64,000 nt of DNA from the human T2T-CHM13v2.0 reference genome, Homo sapiens: NCBI RefSeq assembly GCF_009914755.1, contig NC_060928.1; one strand, written 5' to 3'. A program made the translations under genes and the position numbers. Of the stretch, positions 31,851-47,908 are shown piece after piece. The notes below the pieces were generated by a model. The model worked only from the letters and a program-made list of their open reading frames with translations. It was not told the origin of the DNA and ran no database searches. Each line of letters opens with the position of its first letter. The stretch's first letter is position 1.

Positions 31851-34519
31851 ATTTTTAATCAAGGAAAAAATGATGTTATTAAAATTACACAAGAGGCAAA
31901 TGTTTAAAAACATTGACTTTATTTTGTAGATGGCTACCTCATGACATGCTTTGCTTTAAGCATTTCATGTGTGTGTATTTTCTCACTATTCTTTGCCTAA
32001 TAGTGAAGAGATTCAAAAGACCCTTAAATAGGATTACAGTAAGTAATATCTTTCATTAGTGAAATATTTTCCTTCACAAAGTGATGTCAGTGAATCTTTG
32101 ACCCAAAATTTCGTTTGTTAAAATATGTTGCTGATAAATGTGTTAGTTGTACCCACATTTGGTCAGTTCAAATACTATATATACATACACATGCATAAAT
32201 ACATGTTTATTTATGTGAACTGTTCAAATGAGTCGACTTTTATAAAAACAAAATCCAATTTCTACATTTATAAAGCTGAAACCAAACCATAGTTTGGTTG
32301 TATATTATGATTTATTTTATATTATCATTTATAATAATTACATTAAAATAATACAATTTGAAAAGATTTGATGATCTTTCAAACAGTCATTTTTAGTAAT
32401 ATCTAACATCATAGAATTTCATTTTTATTAATCTTTAAAGCTTTTAAATGTTTTATGAGTTTAATAATTTTTTGACTACATTGAATTGGTTCCAGTAAGT
32501 TTTTTAACACTTTTAAATTAAATTCAACAATTTTCACAAAAACTACCATGAGACAATGAGCACTATACAATACTTATATATTCCATAATTGTCTGTTAGG
32601 CACACATCCTGTAACAGGAATATTGAATGCAGTTAACAAAAAAGTTTATTTTACAAATTTCAGTGTATCAAATTACAGCAAAATATATATATATATATAT
32701 GTCTGTGTGCCTTTGTATACATATTTGTTTTGTTTTTCTATCTAGAAAAGAAATATAATATTACTTAAAATGCAAAGACATAAAAAAGTTCACGATTAGA
32801 GTTAATGTTAAGAACCTCTGGCCAGTATAAATGAAATAAAGAAAAGTATAATTGAGGAGTTTTAGCCCAGCCCTGCCCTCAACTCATTCACAAATAAGCT
32901 TCAGTCCTCTAAACAATGAAAAGTGCTTAAGAGAGGGAAAACATATTTTATTTTTAGATTCCTAATTAGATTACCTCTATTTGAGAATAATCTCTCTAAT
33001 ACTTTTTATAAACATTACATTCATTGTCAAAACTTTGGTAACCAGAAGTACCTCTATGCCCTTTATTTGAAATATATTGCATGAAATCTGGGAAGTGATT
33101 AGTAGTTCTATTCCCAAATACAAATTGATTTCTAGACACCCAAAGCAAAATAATTATTCCTGAAAGCAAGGAAATTTCTAGACTCAGCCTTTTACCTGAT
33201 AAAAATATCCCATATTTTTCACAACTGTATTATCCAGGGGTAATTAAAAATTCAAGCTTATGTTTTCAGGCACATGGGCTTCCACTTATTTGAATGAAGT
33301 GATTAAAAAAGAGTAGACTGATTCTTTTAATAGTCATAATCATTACGTGGTTGAAATTCAGTCTCTTGCTGATAATATCTCCATACTTGGATTTCACTGA
33401 AATTTTGAAACTTTTTGCCTATTTTTAACAAAAGTCATCCTGAAAGTTTCCATTTGTTAATACCAGTACTTTAAGTTGATAGAGAGCAAATTGAATATCT
33501 TAGCCAAGTGGCAAATATTTGTATATTTGAAAACAACTACAAAATCTCTTCTTTGCAAAAAATATAGTGAAGTTTTTCTCAGCTTTATTATATGACCACA
33601 TTCTGCATTTTCATCAGTTTAGATAAACTTAAACTTTGTTTTATATTCCGGTTAAAGTGTGATTCCCAGAACTTTTCATATCAGATAAAAATATATTGAA
33701 AAACCAAATTGAAGTTAGCAGTTCCAAAATTTTTGACTAATTAAATTGGATATTTTTCAGCATTCTAACTATATTTTGCCAATTTAAGCATCATAGACTT
33801 TCCAAAAGCTATGCAAATTGGCATGTAGGTCAAAAGTTTGGTTTACGGTCATAGTGTGAACTTTCATTGAATCATATTTACTTTAATGTGAAGATTCTGT
33901 GGCTCCAGTCCTTCTTTAAGAGAAGAAAAATATTACAGATAGGCATATAAATCTGTTTATCTTAAATGCTGCCTTCCATTAAATGTGACAGACACATTAC
34001 TTTATTGAATTTTTAATCATCACATGGAGAATTGCTCAGTACATTCTGCATCTGTTAGTTTCAGACACTCCAAATCACTAGTCCTGCTAATATGATTTGC
34101 CTTTATCAGTGTCTGCATCAATAAAAGGGCAAGTGCAGTTTATGCTTGTTCTGGGTAAAAATAAGTGAGCTTCATATCATTCCTGTATTTCCTCTCAGAT
34201 ATTACATGCTAGTATTAATTCTGTAAGTTATGCATTTAAAAATATATTTTGCACATCTGAAGCATAAGGTTTGTAACCTATCTGTTATATAAAAATATAT
34301 ACTTTATTTTTGTATTGTAATTGCATACTAATCTTAAAATCTGGGTTTTGAAGTGTTGTGAACTTAAAATCTTACAAATGTATCGTAAAGTGTTATGCAT
34401 TTGCAATGTTACAAATATGAAACTTTTCTGTAGCTAAAACATTGTCTAGTTAGTTGCTGGAGAAATTGCATTATTTTTGTCTGTCAGTTTCAATTACATA
34501 TACCTTAGGATACCTCCAT

Positions 34520-34870
34520 ACTCATTATTATCTTAGCCTATACCATCTCTCACTCAAACCTTGTCAGTTGCCTTCAAACTGGTTTCTCTGCTTCAAATGT
34601 TGTTTCAAATATATTAATCTTTTTAAAATATAAAATCTAGCATTTTATGCTCACACATAAAATGAATCACTAAATTCCTATCTCCTAGAAGACAATTTCC
34701 TGACTTTCTAGCAGGCATCTAAAGGCCAACATGACTGCTTTCTTATCTACATTTCCAGTTCATGTAATAACATGGAATGAACAGCATTTCTTTAGATAAT
34801 TCCTTATATTTCATCCTGTCGATCTAGAATAATAAGATAATTTCCATCACTATATTGCATTCATTTGCCT
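34520..34870 (+). mobile_element. L2 fragment
   Basis: ACCATCTCTCAC...AACTGGTTTCTCTGCTTC...AAAATATAAAATCT motifs; boundaries approximate. Confidence 0.5.
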
Positions 34871-34923
34871 ACCTGTTGTTTCATATTTATAACACCCCAC
34901 ACACATTTATACAGTATATTATA

Positions 34924-35954
34924 GAAAACTGGCTAGCCATAAGCAGAAAACTGAAAATGGACCCCTTTCTTATATGTTATATAAAAATTAACTCAAGATG
35001 TATTAAAGACTTAAACATAAAACCTAAAACCATAAAAACACTGCAAGAAAACTTAGGCAATGCCATTCAGGACATGGGCACGGGCAAAACTTCATGGCTA
35101 AAACACCAAAAGCATTTGCAATAAGAGCCAAAATTGACCAATGGGATCTAACTAAACTAAAGGGCTTCTGCACTGGATTAGAAACTATCATCAGACTGAA
35201 CAGGCAACCTATGGAATGGGAGAAAATTTTTGCAATCTGTCCATCTGACAAAGGTCTAATATCCAGAATCTAAAGAACTTAATCAAATTTACAAGAAAAA
35301 AACAAACAACCCCATCAAAAAGTGGGCAAAGGATATGAAAAGGCACTTATCAAAAGAAGACATTTATGCATCCAACAAGCATATGAAAAAAACCTCATCT
35401 TCACTGGTCAATAGAGAATGCAAATCAAAACTAAAATGAGATACCCTCTCATGCCAGTTAGAATGGCAATCATTAAAATGTCAGGAAACAACAGATGCTG
35501 GCGAAGATGTAGAGAAATAGGAAAGCGTTTACACTGTTGGTGGGGGGTGTAAATTAGTTCAACCATTGTGGAAGACAGTGCAGCCATTCCTCAAGGATCT
35601 AGAACCACGAATACCTCTTGACCCAGCATTCTCAGCAAACTAACACAGGAACAGAAAACCAAACCCTGCATGTTCTCACTCGTAAGTGGGAGTTGAACAA
35701 AAAGAACACATGGACACAGGGAAGGGAACAACACACACTGGGGCCTGCTGGCGGAGGGGCGGGTGGGAGGCAAGGGGAGGAAGAGCATTAGGACAAATAC
35801 CTAATGCATGTGGGCATACAACCTAGATGACAAGTTGATGGGTGCACAAACCACCATAGTACATGTACACCTGTGTAACAAACGTGCATATTCTGCACAT
35901 GTATCCCAGAACTTAAAGTAAAATTAAATTAAATTTAATTTAATTTAAAAAAAA
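34924..35954 (+). mobile_element. 5'-truncated older L1PA (about L1PA7-10) with internal deletion
   Basis: ORF2 C-terminal translation [16 protein letters not shown]...; 3'UTR ending CCCAGAACTTAAAGTAAAATT; deletion at about 35625. Confidence 0.92.
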
Positions 35955-36728
35955 CTGAAGGAATAACAATTTGAAGCACTAGCACCTGCACCAAATTTCC
36001 TGCACATTATAACACACCCAGTTGAACATAGTGTGTAATACACACACACACACATGCAAACACATTATATATTTAAATATCTATATTTATGTATCTATAT
36101 GTTTCTGTCTATAGAGTATGATGAATGTAGGTTTTCATTAGGTCAAATGTCTGCTGTGTTAGATTAATTTTATTTACTTACATGTCAAGTTTTCTTGGTA
36201 TATTTATAAATCATAAAAGATTAAAGTGTTGTTTTAATTTTTAAACTTTTTTATTTACTCAATTTTAACTAACTTATATCCCCCCAAATTAAATAAGAAA
36301 GTTGAGATACAAAGAAATTCTAAATTTTCTTAAATACTTAAGAGATGTAATACTGAAGTAATTTTGCTTTTCACTAAAACAGTTCATAATTTCCAAAAAA
36401 CACACAGTGCCAATTATCATTATTATTTGACATCTAAATATCACACAGCAATATTTTGCCCTTCACAGATATTATAAAATGTAAGAATCCACTTGATTTA
36501 CTTTCACAGAGTCAATTTAAAGTGCCAAAATAAGGTAGTGAGAAAAATGTGGGAAATATACAATCTCAAACACCACAGCAAATGATAGACAAACAAAATG
36601 TCATTTAATTGTATAATTTAAATATATACTGTAAAAATTATTTAAGATCCAAATGAGAGAAATTATGGTCCTTTGGCTAGCTCATATCTCAAACAAATAT
36701 ATAAAATCAGCAGCAAAATACACAATTA

Positions 36729-37157
<429 letters not shown>

Positions 37158-38469
37158 CCTAAACATAATAGGCTTTTTCTAGACAATTTTGTATGTAGAC
37201 CATCTCATTATTTCACTCTGTCTCCATGATGTTAAGACAAAGGAACAAAAAAATCATTTAATAATAGAATAATACTTCATTGATGTTCTTTATTCTCTTC
37301 ATATAAAAACTTATTATGAATAAATGCAGGTTTAAAAGAAAGAAGACTTTATTGCATTTAAATCAAATAGCTCCAATGTTCTTGTTTCGCTACTACTCTC
37401 CAGGTTTATAGCCTTTAGCAGGTCAAATTGACTTATATTTATCAAGCAGCAAGTTACTAATTCACATTTAATTGTTTACATTGTTAGATAAATTGTAAAC
37501 CTCAGATAGTTCATAATTGTATGAATTTCAAATAATGGTAGTCTTCATGCATTATAACCAACACTCATATACAAGTATTTTATTCATATGTAAAATGGTT
37601 TGTCATAAATGACATTTTAAATAATGTCATTCAGAGATGAGAGTTTTGGTGATATCTCTTGTTTATATTATGGAAATGATATTTAATGCCCTCTTATAAA
37701 AAATATTGTAAACAATGAGATTATGCTCCAGTTTGTATAATATGATTAGGGAGCAGGAAAAAAAGAGATAGATACAATTACCAATTTAAATATCTTTCCT
37801 AGAATTGTGGTTATGATAAATACTATGTTTCTATAGAGGAAGTAGAAAACATTTTTATTCCAAAATAGCAGATCTTGTGCAACAGAGAAACATTATAAAT
37901 TTTAGAACATATTGTTTTCTGTTTTAAACGATGTTTTAAAATATTCAACATTTTAGTTTGTGGCTAAAAATTGTAATATCTATCCTTTCAGTTTGAATTT
38001 TGTGACTAAGTGACAATGTAAAGCTAGATAACTTTGAGCAGCAGTAGCAACAAAATTTATATTGTTACATAAGACTATTGCCTTGATCTAAGTTACATGT
38101 GTGTCCTTCAAAAGTCTGTTCTAATAATTTTGTAAAAGAGAAGACATTAGAAAAATGACTTTAATCTGATACCAAAGTTAGGGAATACTCTCTTTAATAA
38201 CTAGAAATAATAAATAAATTATACCATTATCATCTTTTATGTAAATTATAAACATAATTTATTATTTCAATAAATTTAATCATTTACATTTTATAACATT
38301 TTATAAATGATAAATCTGTTTTATAGAGTACTTTACAAAGTTGTTTTAATTCCACCATAATATCAAATCACAAAACAGCCTCATAAATTAGATAGTGAAT
38401 ATTATTTCTACATAAAATACAACAATACTGTATCAAGAAATTTGAAGAATATGCAACTTTATTCTACTT

Positions 38470-39252
<783 letters not shown>

Positions 39253-40134
39253 CTCAGATTTAAAAATGAAGGGCTTGTTAGAGGTCAATGAATTATTGTT
39301 TTTTACCATTCTCCAATGAAATCAATAATTACTTACATGTCTAGATGTGAGAGGCATTTTGTTAAAGTAGCATTTACAAAAAGTTATATATAAATATATA
39401 TATATGATTCGATATATCTATGTAATATGATATAATATGGTTTGTTACTTAAATAGAGACAATAATTTTTGAAACTAATTCTAGAATATATAACATTTGA
39501 AAAAGACTATGAGGAGGCTTCTTAAAAATTTGATAATGTACATATTAAAATTAAATAACTAATTTTTTGTGGCTTTTAGTTTAGCCTAAAAATCTAATTT
39601 TAAATCTAGCAAAGTATAATAATTTGAAGAGAGATATGGATACAATATTTGTTTTGATGTTAATTGTCAAACAGTTCTATACTCTAAATATTTTGGCATT
39701 AAAAGATATATAGTCATTTGAGAAAATGATATAATGTCTCAACTTAAGTTACTCTTTTATCATAAAGTTGGAAAATGTCAAAGCAACTAAAAAAAAACCA
39801 CTCGTCTCCCCACACACCAAATTTTACTCATTATTTTTGGAATAAAATGAGATACAGACACCAAGAGTATTTCTTTCCAAAGAAGCCTAGTTCTTTACAT
39901 AGTGCTTCATAATAGCCCCATTCTCTCATATTGAAGTATTTTGTTAAAAAAAAAAAAGTATGTACAAGGAACATAGTTTTCAGAAGAAGCTGTTTAGGTT
40001 TTAAGTGCTTCCTGGTTTTAAACATACAGATAGAAAATTACTGTATTTCTAATTTCTAATTTCTGTTCTCCAATAAGCTGTGCCTCATGACCTTAAATTC
40101 AAAGTTTATTCATTGACCATGTACCAGTCAGTAA

Positions 40135-40411
<277 letters not shown>

Positions 40412-40989
40412 TAAATATTTTTTTAAAAGGGTTCACGGCTATCTTTCTGCTGATAAATACATTACCGTATAGACTGAGGCCTAGTCAAGGTTTTTAGCAA
40501 GTTTACCCAGAGATCTTAGAGACTATGTTCTCTTTGTGTTGGCTGATAACTCATTCCTTTTTGTCACCACTATTTATGAACTTAAGTGAGCTGTCAGTGT
40601 GGCCAGTTGAGACTACTTAATTCTGAATAACACTGAGGTGGGAAATATTTGGCTTGGTGATTAACCAGTATTAGTCATATTTTAGTGTTAAGAATGAATC
40701 TCTGACAATCACAATATTGAAGAAAATTTAACTGAGGATATGACAGCTTTGCATTTCCAGTATAAAATATGAAATTAGACAAACTGATTTATCATGACTG
40801 TTGAGAATGCATAAATATTATGCAGAAGGAGATATTTTTGGATTATTAAATTCACTATATTTATTTTATTATAGTGACATGAAATATTTAGCTTTAGCAA
40901 AAATGTCCATCACTTCTAGACAAATTATAGAAGGAAAACAGATATATTTATAAATGAAGATTAATATATTTGATGGTGTTAAATTAAAT

Positions 40990-41790
40990 GTCTAGTACAC
41001 ATATAAATATATAACTAATACAATCATTACCAAGATCTACAAAATATTATAGTACTCTGCTCCCCAAAACCCTTTTCTTCTTTGCAAAAATAAGCATTAC
41101 TCTGATATCAGATATCACAGATTATTTTTGCTGACTTTTAAACATTATGTAAATAGAATCAGGTAGCAGGTACTATTTTGTTCAGCATCTTCGCTCAATA
41201 TTGTAGACGTAAGATTTTTCCACTTTGTTACACAAAACAGTCCCAAGTTCATTGTCATTGTTAGGTAGCATTTTATCTCATGAATATACAACAAATTATT
41301 TACCCATCTACTATTAATAGTTATTTAGCTTAGCTTTTTAAAGGTCTTTGACTATTGTAAATAATGCATTAACATTCTTTTACTTTTTAAAATAAATACA
41401 CTCAAATACTTCTGTTGAATATATACCAAGATGTAAAATCACTGAATTATACATAGGATATTTTTACCTTCAGCGATAATGAAGGTGATCAGGTTTTTTT
41501 AGTAACTTCTGTTTTAGGCTAGTTGTGTTAATGCTATTTAGTTATAATTTAGATTAAAATTGAAAAGTTAAATGCTTTTTCATATTTACATGTCCTTTTT
41601 TTGTAATTTTCCTGTTTAAGCCTTTGCATATTTTTAAATCGTGACTTTCAATTTCTTATTGATATATAGGATATATTTTAGACACTTGATTTGTTATAAT
41701 TATGAATATATCACAATCACTTGGCAAATTGATATTTTTTCTCTTACTGGTGAATTTTGATTAATAGAATTTACTCATTTTAATAATCAA
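40990..41790 (-). mobile_element. Old L1M (L1ME-like) 3' region
   Basis: ATGTAAATAGAATCA, ATGAATATACAACAAATTATTTACCCAT motifs; decayed. Confidence 0.55.
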
Positions 41791-41944
41791 CAACAAAAAA
41801 CTTTGTGGTTTGTTGATCCTTTGTATGGATTTTGGTGTCTCAATTTCATTCAGTACTGCTCTGATTGTAGTTATTTATTTTCTTCTACTAACTTTGGGGT
41901 TAGTTTGTAGAAATCTCAGCTGCTTACATCTTCAGAAAGGGTGA

Positions 41945-42239
41945 GGCCGGGCTCAGTGGCTCATGTTTGTAATCCCAGCACTTTGGGAGGCCGAGTCGGG
42001 CGGATCATGAGGTTGGGAGATCGAGACCATCCTAGTTAACCCCGTGAAACCCCGTCTCTACTAAACAAAATACAAAAAATTAGCCGGGCCTGGTGGCGGG
42101 CGCCTGTAGTCCTAGCTCCTCGAGAGGCTGAGGCAGGAGAATGGCGTGAACCCGGGAGGAGGAGCTTGCAGTGAGCCAAGATCCTGCCACGGCACTACAG
42201 CCTGGGCGACACAGCGATACTCCGTGTCAAAAGAAAAAA
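41945..42239 (+). mobile_element. AluY
   Basis: GAGATCGAGACCATCCT and ATGGCGTGAACCCGGGAGG..GAGCTTGCAGTG; TSD AAAGGGTGA at 41936-41944 and 42240-42248. Confidence 0.96.
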
Positions 42240-43644
42240 AAAGGGTGAGACACAGGACCTCTCCCAATTCATTATAAAATGCATGTGTACCCTATACCCA
42301 CAGGTCTGCCTGCCACCGTAATGTGTTCTTCTTCTTTTCTGCTTTTTATTAATTTTTCAGGTACTGCTTATTAGTAGCTAGTCTAACCTAGTTGCTCACT
42401 AATAAAAGACTCCAGATAAGTAAATTCCGAGGGTTCTTTCTGATTTTCAGGATAGTGTGTGGAATAAAGTCTATCCTGACCATCAGTGATCCAGTATAGC
42501 CCTATAACCTTTTCTAGTTTTCTCTTCTGCAGAGCTGAGATGAACCACTGGAAGCCATCTTATGCCAATGCTAGAAGAGGGCCTATAACGCGTCCACATT
42601 TTTGATTTTGTCTTTTTCTAAATGACAAAAACATCTCCTCTCAAGTAAATAGAGAAAATATTCCCTCCTGTTTTACTGCTTTGGCCACAATTAAGTGAAA
42701 AAAAAAAAATGTGTTTCAAAAGGAAAGTCTAAAAGACCATCTTTTCATGTGTAATTTCTCATCATATTTCCTTTATTACTGAAATTAGAAGCACGATGTC
42801 CTACTGTGGTGATGAGTTGTGCAATTGAAATAGATACTACTCTTTATTCCCAATCAAAATGAAGAGACTTGAGAAAGCTTTGTGCATCTTCATGGTCTTT
42901 ATCTTTCCTACACACATACACACACGTGCGCACCCACACAACTCATTCATTTACAATGCCCACAAATAGTCACACACACAAATGCACAGGCATAGGGCAG
43001 AGACACATGAACATGCTTATATAGCATGAATGTATTTTTTTGTAATATTAATGAGGTTTATTTTGGGAAACAGTAAAAATGAACCAATACTTTCCAAGTT
43101 TTCAAATTATAAATTAAAACAATATTATTTATGTGGAGTATTTTACTCCTGCTTTTTAGTTTCCAAAATAAAATTGAAATTCAACCAAGTAAAATTTATT
43201 TTTGTGAACATGCTTAAGAAATGAATATATTTTGCACGTTATCTGCTTTGAACTTAAAGGTCCATGAAAAGAAAACCCAATTTTGGTTTTCAAATATAAG
43301 TTTAAAAATGGTACCAATAAGAGTTTCAAATTGTCCATTTACAGAATACATTGAATTTTTTTTAATGGTATAGCCATACATATGATGCGTAATAAAATCT
43401 TCCCTAACCTGTGGTCGTCTTAATTGCATAAAAACTTAAGCTGATATCTATTAATGTATTGATATCTGAATTGATGTCTAAACAATACTTGCCTAAGTCA
43501 TATTTTGATTCAGTTATAATGGTGACTCTATAATTGACACCAGAAACTTTAAACTCTAAAAATTTCTTCTGCATTAATCAATATTTAAGATTTTCATGAA
43601 AAATTGAACTCAGAGCCAACATTTTTCAAAGTAAGTCATTTCGA

Positions 43645-45022
43645 CCACTGTATATAAATGGAATTATATAGTATTCAAACTTTTCAGGTGGGATTTTTCT
43701 CACTTAACATAATGTCTTGAAGATTCCTCTAGATTATTGCATGTCAATGTGTTTGTATTGCTGCAGTATTGTGTGCAACAGTTTTAATCATCCTTTACTT
43801 TTTGATAGATACCTAGAATTCTAGTTTTAGGCTATGATGAATACAGGTGCTATGTAAACATTCATGCACAGGTGTTTTTGTGAGCATACATTTTTGTTTC
43901 TCAGAGACAAATTCTAGTATACATTGATGTGCCATTAGAGTGTGATTTCTGGATTATATGATATTTGCATGCTTAGTTTGTAAGATGCTTCAAAATTGTT
44001 TTCTAGAGTGGTTGTACCATTTTAATTCCACCAGCAATTTAAAAGTAATACAGATTCTTCCAATTCTTGCCAGCATTTGGTGTCATTTTAAATTTTATAT
44101 TTGAATGAGTGTGCTGGGATGTATCATCATGGTTTTAATTCATACTTCTCTAATGTTTAATGATATTGAAGATCTTTTCATACGTTATTCATTTACCATC
44201 TATATGTCCTCTTCAAAGAAGTGTCACTTTATTTCTTTTACTCATTTTCTAACTAGATTTGTTTGTATATTTGTCTTTACTGCTGAGTTTTGAGAGCTTG
44301 TTTTATGTTCTAGATTCTAAAACGTTGTCAAATATGTGATTTGTTAGTATTTCCTCCCACCCTGTAGCTTTTACTTTCTACCTCATAAGGGTCTATTACA
44401 GAACAAAAGTGTTATATTTTAGTAAAATTTACTTACCAGTTTTCCCTTTTATGAGTTGTGTTTTGGTATTAAATGTAAGTACTATTTTCCTTGCCCTATA
44501 TCCGAAAGATTTTTTTCTTTTTTTCCTGAAAATTTTATAGTTCTACCTTCTAAATTAAAATCTGTCATTATAACTTTTGAGTGAATTTTTTGTATAAGGA
44601 ACAAGATTTAGATTGAAGTGAAATTTTTAACTTATGAGTATCTAATTTCTTTTATGAAAAGGTGGGTGATTTTTTTCCTCCACTGAGTTGCTGTTGAACA
44701 TTTGTCAAATATAGGTTAGGGATTTTTGTGTGGATCTATTTATGAGTTCTCTGTTCTGTTCCCTGGATCAATATGTCTATCACTCCATCTATGTTATTGG
44801 CTTCTTTAGCAAGCAGTCTCTGATATATGAGTCAAAACGAAATTCCAGGAAATTCACAATCATGGTGCTCTTCAAATCTTGAGATCTGGGGTCCATAGTT
44901 CACTTCCCTCTGTCTTTCACCTTTCAAAATATTATGTCTGTTTTCTGTGTAAGATCCAAGGTTTTGGGTTGTACTTAGTGACTGTAGTAGGAAAAGGAAT
45001 GTCTACTTCATCTTTCAGAAAG
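43645..45022 (-). mobile_element. L1MC/MD-like element: 3'UTR and ORF2 end joined to a 5'-terminal fragment
   Basis: L1 3' region about 43645-44790, then L1M 5'-end-like GTTGTACTTAGTG...GGAAAAGGAATGTCTACTTCATCTTTCAGAA. Confidence 0.62.
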
Positions 45023-45274
45023 ATAAATCATTTCCATTTCTTTTGGAGAAACATGCATTCATTTAAAAAATTTTAAAGAGGGTATGTCATCCTCGTAGAG
45101 AAACAGGACTCTTACATGAAGGTGTAAAAAACTTATGTTTGATCATTAGTTTACTTATAAAATTTTTAAAATAACAATTATACACTCAACTCAAAATGAA
45201 ATTTATTTGTTGAGAAAAAATAAATCTAAGGCAAAACTGCAGGTAAATATTAGGTGATTTTTAGTTTAATGATA

Positions 45275-46220
45275 TTTCGCTTATTTATTTTTGCTTTTGT
45301 TTCTGAACTTTGAATGTGATATCCAAAATATCATTGCTAAGGCCAATTTCAAGGAGATTTTTGCCTATGTTTTCTGTTAGAATTTTTACAGATTCAGATC
45401 TTATGCTTACGTTTTGTTTCCATTTTGGATGCATTTTTGCCTATAGTAAAAGATAGGAATCTAACTTTAGTCTTTTGCAAATGAATACCCAGTTTTTTTG
45501 AAATATGATTTATTGAAAAGACTATCTTTTTTTCATTGTGTTTTCTTGGTGCCTTGTTCAAGAATTAGTTGACTGTATATGCATAGGCTTATTTCTGGGT
45601 ATTCTATTATATTCCATTGATCTATGTATCTGTTTTTATGTGAGCATCATAATGTTTTGATTACTATAACTATGTAAGATAATTTGAAATCAGAAAGTAT
45701 GATGGCTCCAGCTCTATTCTTTTTTTTTTAAGATTCTTTTAGCTATTGGGATCTTTTGTAGTTTCATGCAAATTTTGAGATTTTTAAAATATTTTTGTGA
45801 AAACTGCAATTGGAATTTTGACAAGGATTTTGTTGAATTTATGTATCATTTTGGGTGATATGAACATTTTAACAATACTAATTCATTTAATTCATGAACA
45901 TGGGATATTTTCTTATTTATTTGTGACTTTTCCAATTTCTTGTATTGATGTCTTGCAGTATTCAGTAAATCTTTTATCTCCTTGATTAAATTTATTCCCA
46001 GGTATTTTATCCTTTTTTATGCTATCAAAAAAAGGCTTTTTTAATTTCTTTTTCACATAAATTGTTTTGGTGTTAAGAAATATAACTAATATTTTATGTT
46101 AATCTTTCATTGTATAACTTTACTGAATTCATTCATTAGTTCTAACAGCTTATTCATTAAGTCCTTAGATTTTTCTACGTGTAGGATCATGTCATTTGCA
46201 AATGGATAAAAATTTTACTT
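45275..46220 (-). mobile_element. L1MA ORF2 segment, inverted 5' part of the element to the right
   Basis: Antisense ORF2 from the 'TKAKIN' region back to the RT motif (GGATCATGTCATTTGCAAAT = FANDMI). Confidence 0.8.
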
Positions 46221-46755
46221 CAAGAAAAAAATAATCAACAAAAATGAAACGATAATGGAATGGAAAAAATATTTTCAAACTATATGTCTGATAAGGAGTT
46301 AATTTCCATATATATGAGGAACTCATACAACTAAAAAGCAAATAAAAACAAAACAAAAAATCAAACAGCTTAATTAAAAAACAGGCAAAAGGTCTGAGTA
46401 AACATTTCTTCAAAAAAGGCCAACAGGTTTATAGAAAGTTTCTCAACATCACTGGTCATCAGAAAAAAGAAAATCAAAGCCACAATGAGATGTCATCTCT
46501 CACCTGTTAGGATGGCTATTAACAAAAAGACAAAAGATAACAAGTGTTGTCCAGGTTGTGGAGAAAAGGGAACACTTGTACACTGTTTGTGGAAATATAA
46601 ATTGTTATAGCCATTATGGAAAACAATATAGAGATTTCTGAGAAAATAGAAATAACAGTACATATGATTCAGCAGTCTCTTTTCTGGGCATATACCAATA
46701 GGAAATGAATCAGCACCTCAGAGATATCCATGGTCCCATGTTCATGATAGCATTA

Positions 46756-47058
<303 letters not shown>

Positions 47059-47071
47059 AATAGACAAGATG

Positions 47072-47806
47072 GGTAATAATTAAAAAGTCAGGAAACAACA
47101 GGTGCTGGAGAGGATGTGGAGAAATAGGAACACTTTTACACTGTTGGTGGGACTGTAAACTAGTTCAACCATTGTGGAAGTCAGAGTGGTGATTCCTCTG
47201 GGATCTAGAACTGGAAATACCATTTGACCCAGCAATCCCATTACTGGGTATATACCCAAAGGACTATAAATCATGCTGCTATAAAGACACATGCACATGT
47301 ATGTTTATTGCGGCACTATTCACAATAGCAAAGACTTGGAACCAACCCAAATGTCCAACAACGATAGACTGGATTGAGAAAATGTGGCACATATACACCA
47401 TGGAATACTATGCAGCCATAAAAAATGATGAGTTCATGTCCTTTGTAGGGACATGGATGAAATTGGAAATCATCATTCTCAGTAAACTACCACAAGAACA
47501 AAAAACCAAACACCGCATATTCTCACTCATAGTTGGGAATTGAACAATGAGAACACATGGACACAGGAAGGGGAACATCACACTCTGGGGACTGTTGTGG
47601 GGTGGGAGGAGGGGGGAGGGATAGCTTTATGAGATATACCTAATGCTAAATGACGAGTTAATGAGTGCAGCACAGCAGCATGGCACATGTATACATCTGT
47701 AACTAACCTGCACATTGTGCACATGTACCCTAAAACTTAAAGTATAATAATAATAATAATAATAATAAATTTAAAAAAAGATATCATAATTGATGAATAA
47801 AAAAAA
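47072..47806 (+). mobile_element. Young 5'-truncated L1PA (L1PA2/3-like) with (TAA)n tail
   Basis: AAATTGGAAATCATCATTCTCAGTAAAC and GCATATTCTCACTCATAG; TSD AAGATG at 47066-47071 and 47807-47812. Confidence 0.93.
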
Positions 47807-47877
47807 AAGATGTAGAATCAACCTAGGTGTCCATTGATGGGTAAATGGATGAATAAACTTTAGACTTTAGTGTATGT

Positions 47878-47908
<31 letters not shown>

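Noticed and set aside
35955-36070. Possible 3' transduction after the older L1PA
   Set aside because: No second poly(A) and no convincing TSD.
37607-37630. 9-bp inverted repeat AATGACATT..AATGTCATT (and an 8-bp one near 32280-32299)
   Set aside because: Expected by chance in AT-rich sequence of this length.
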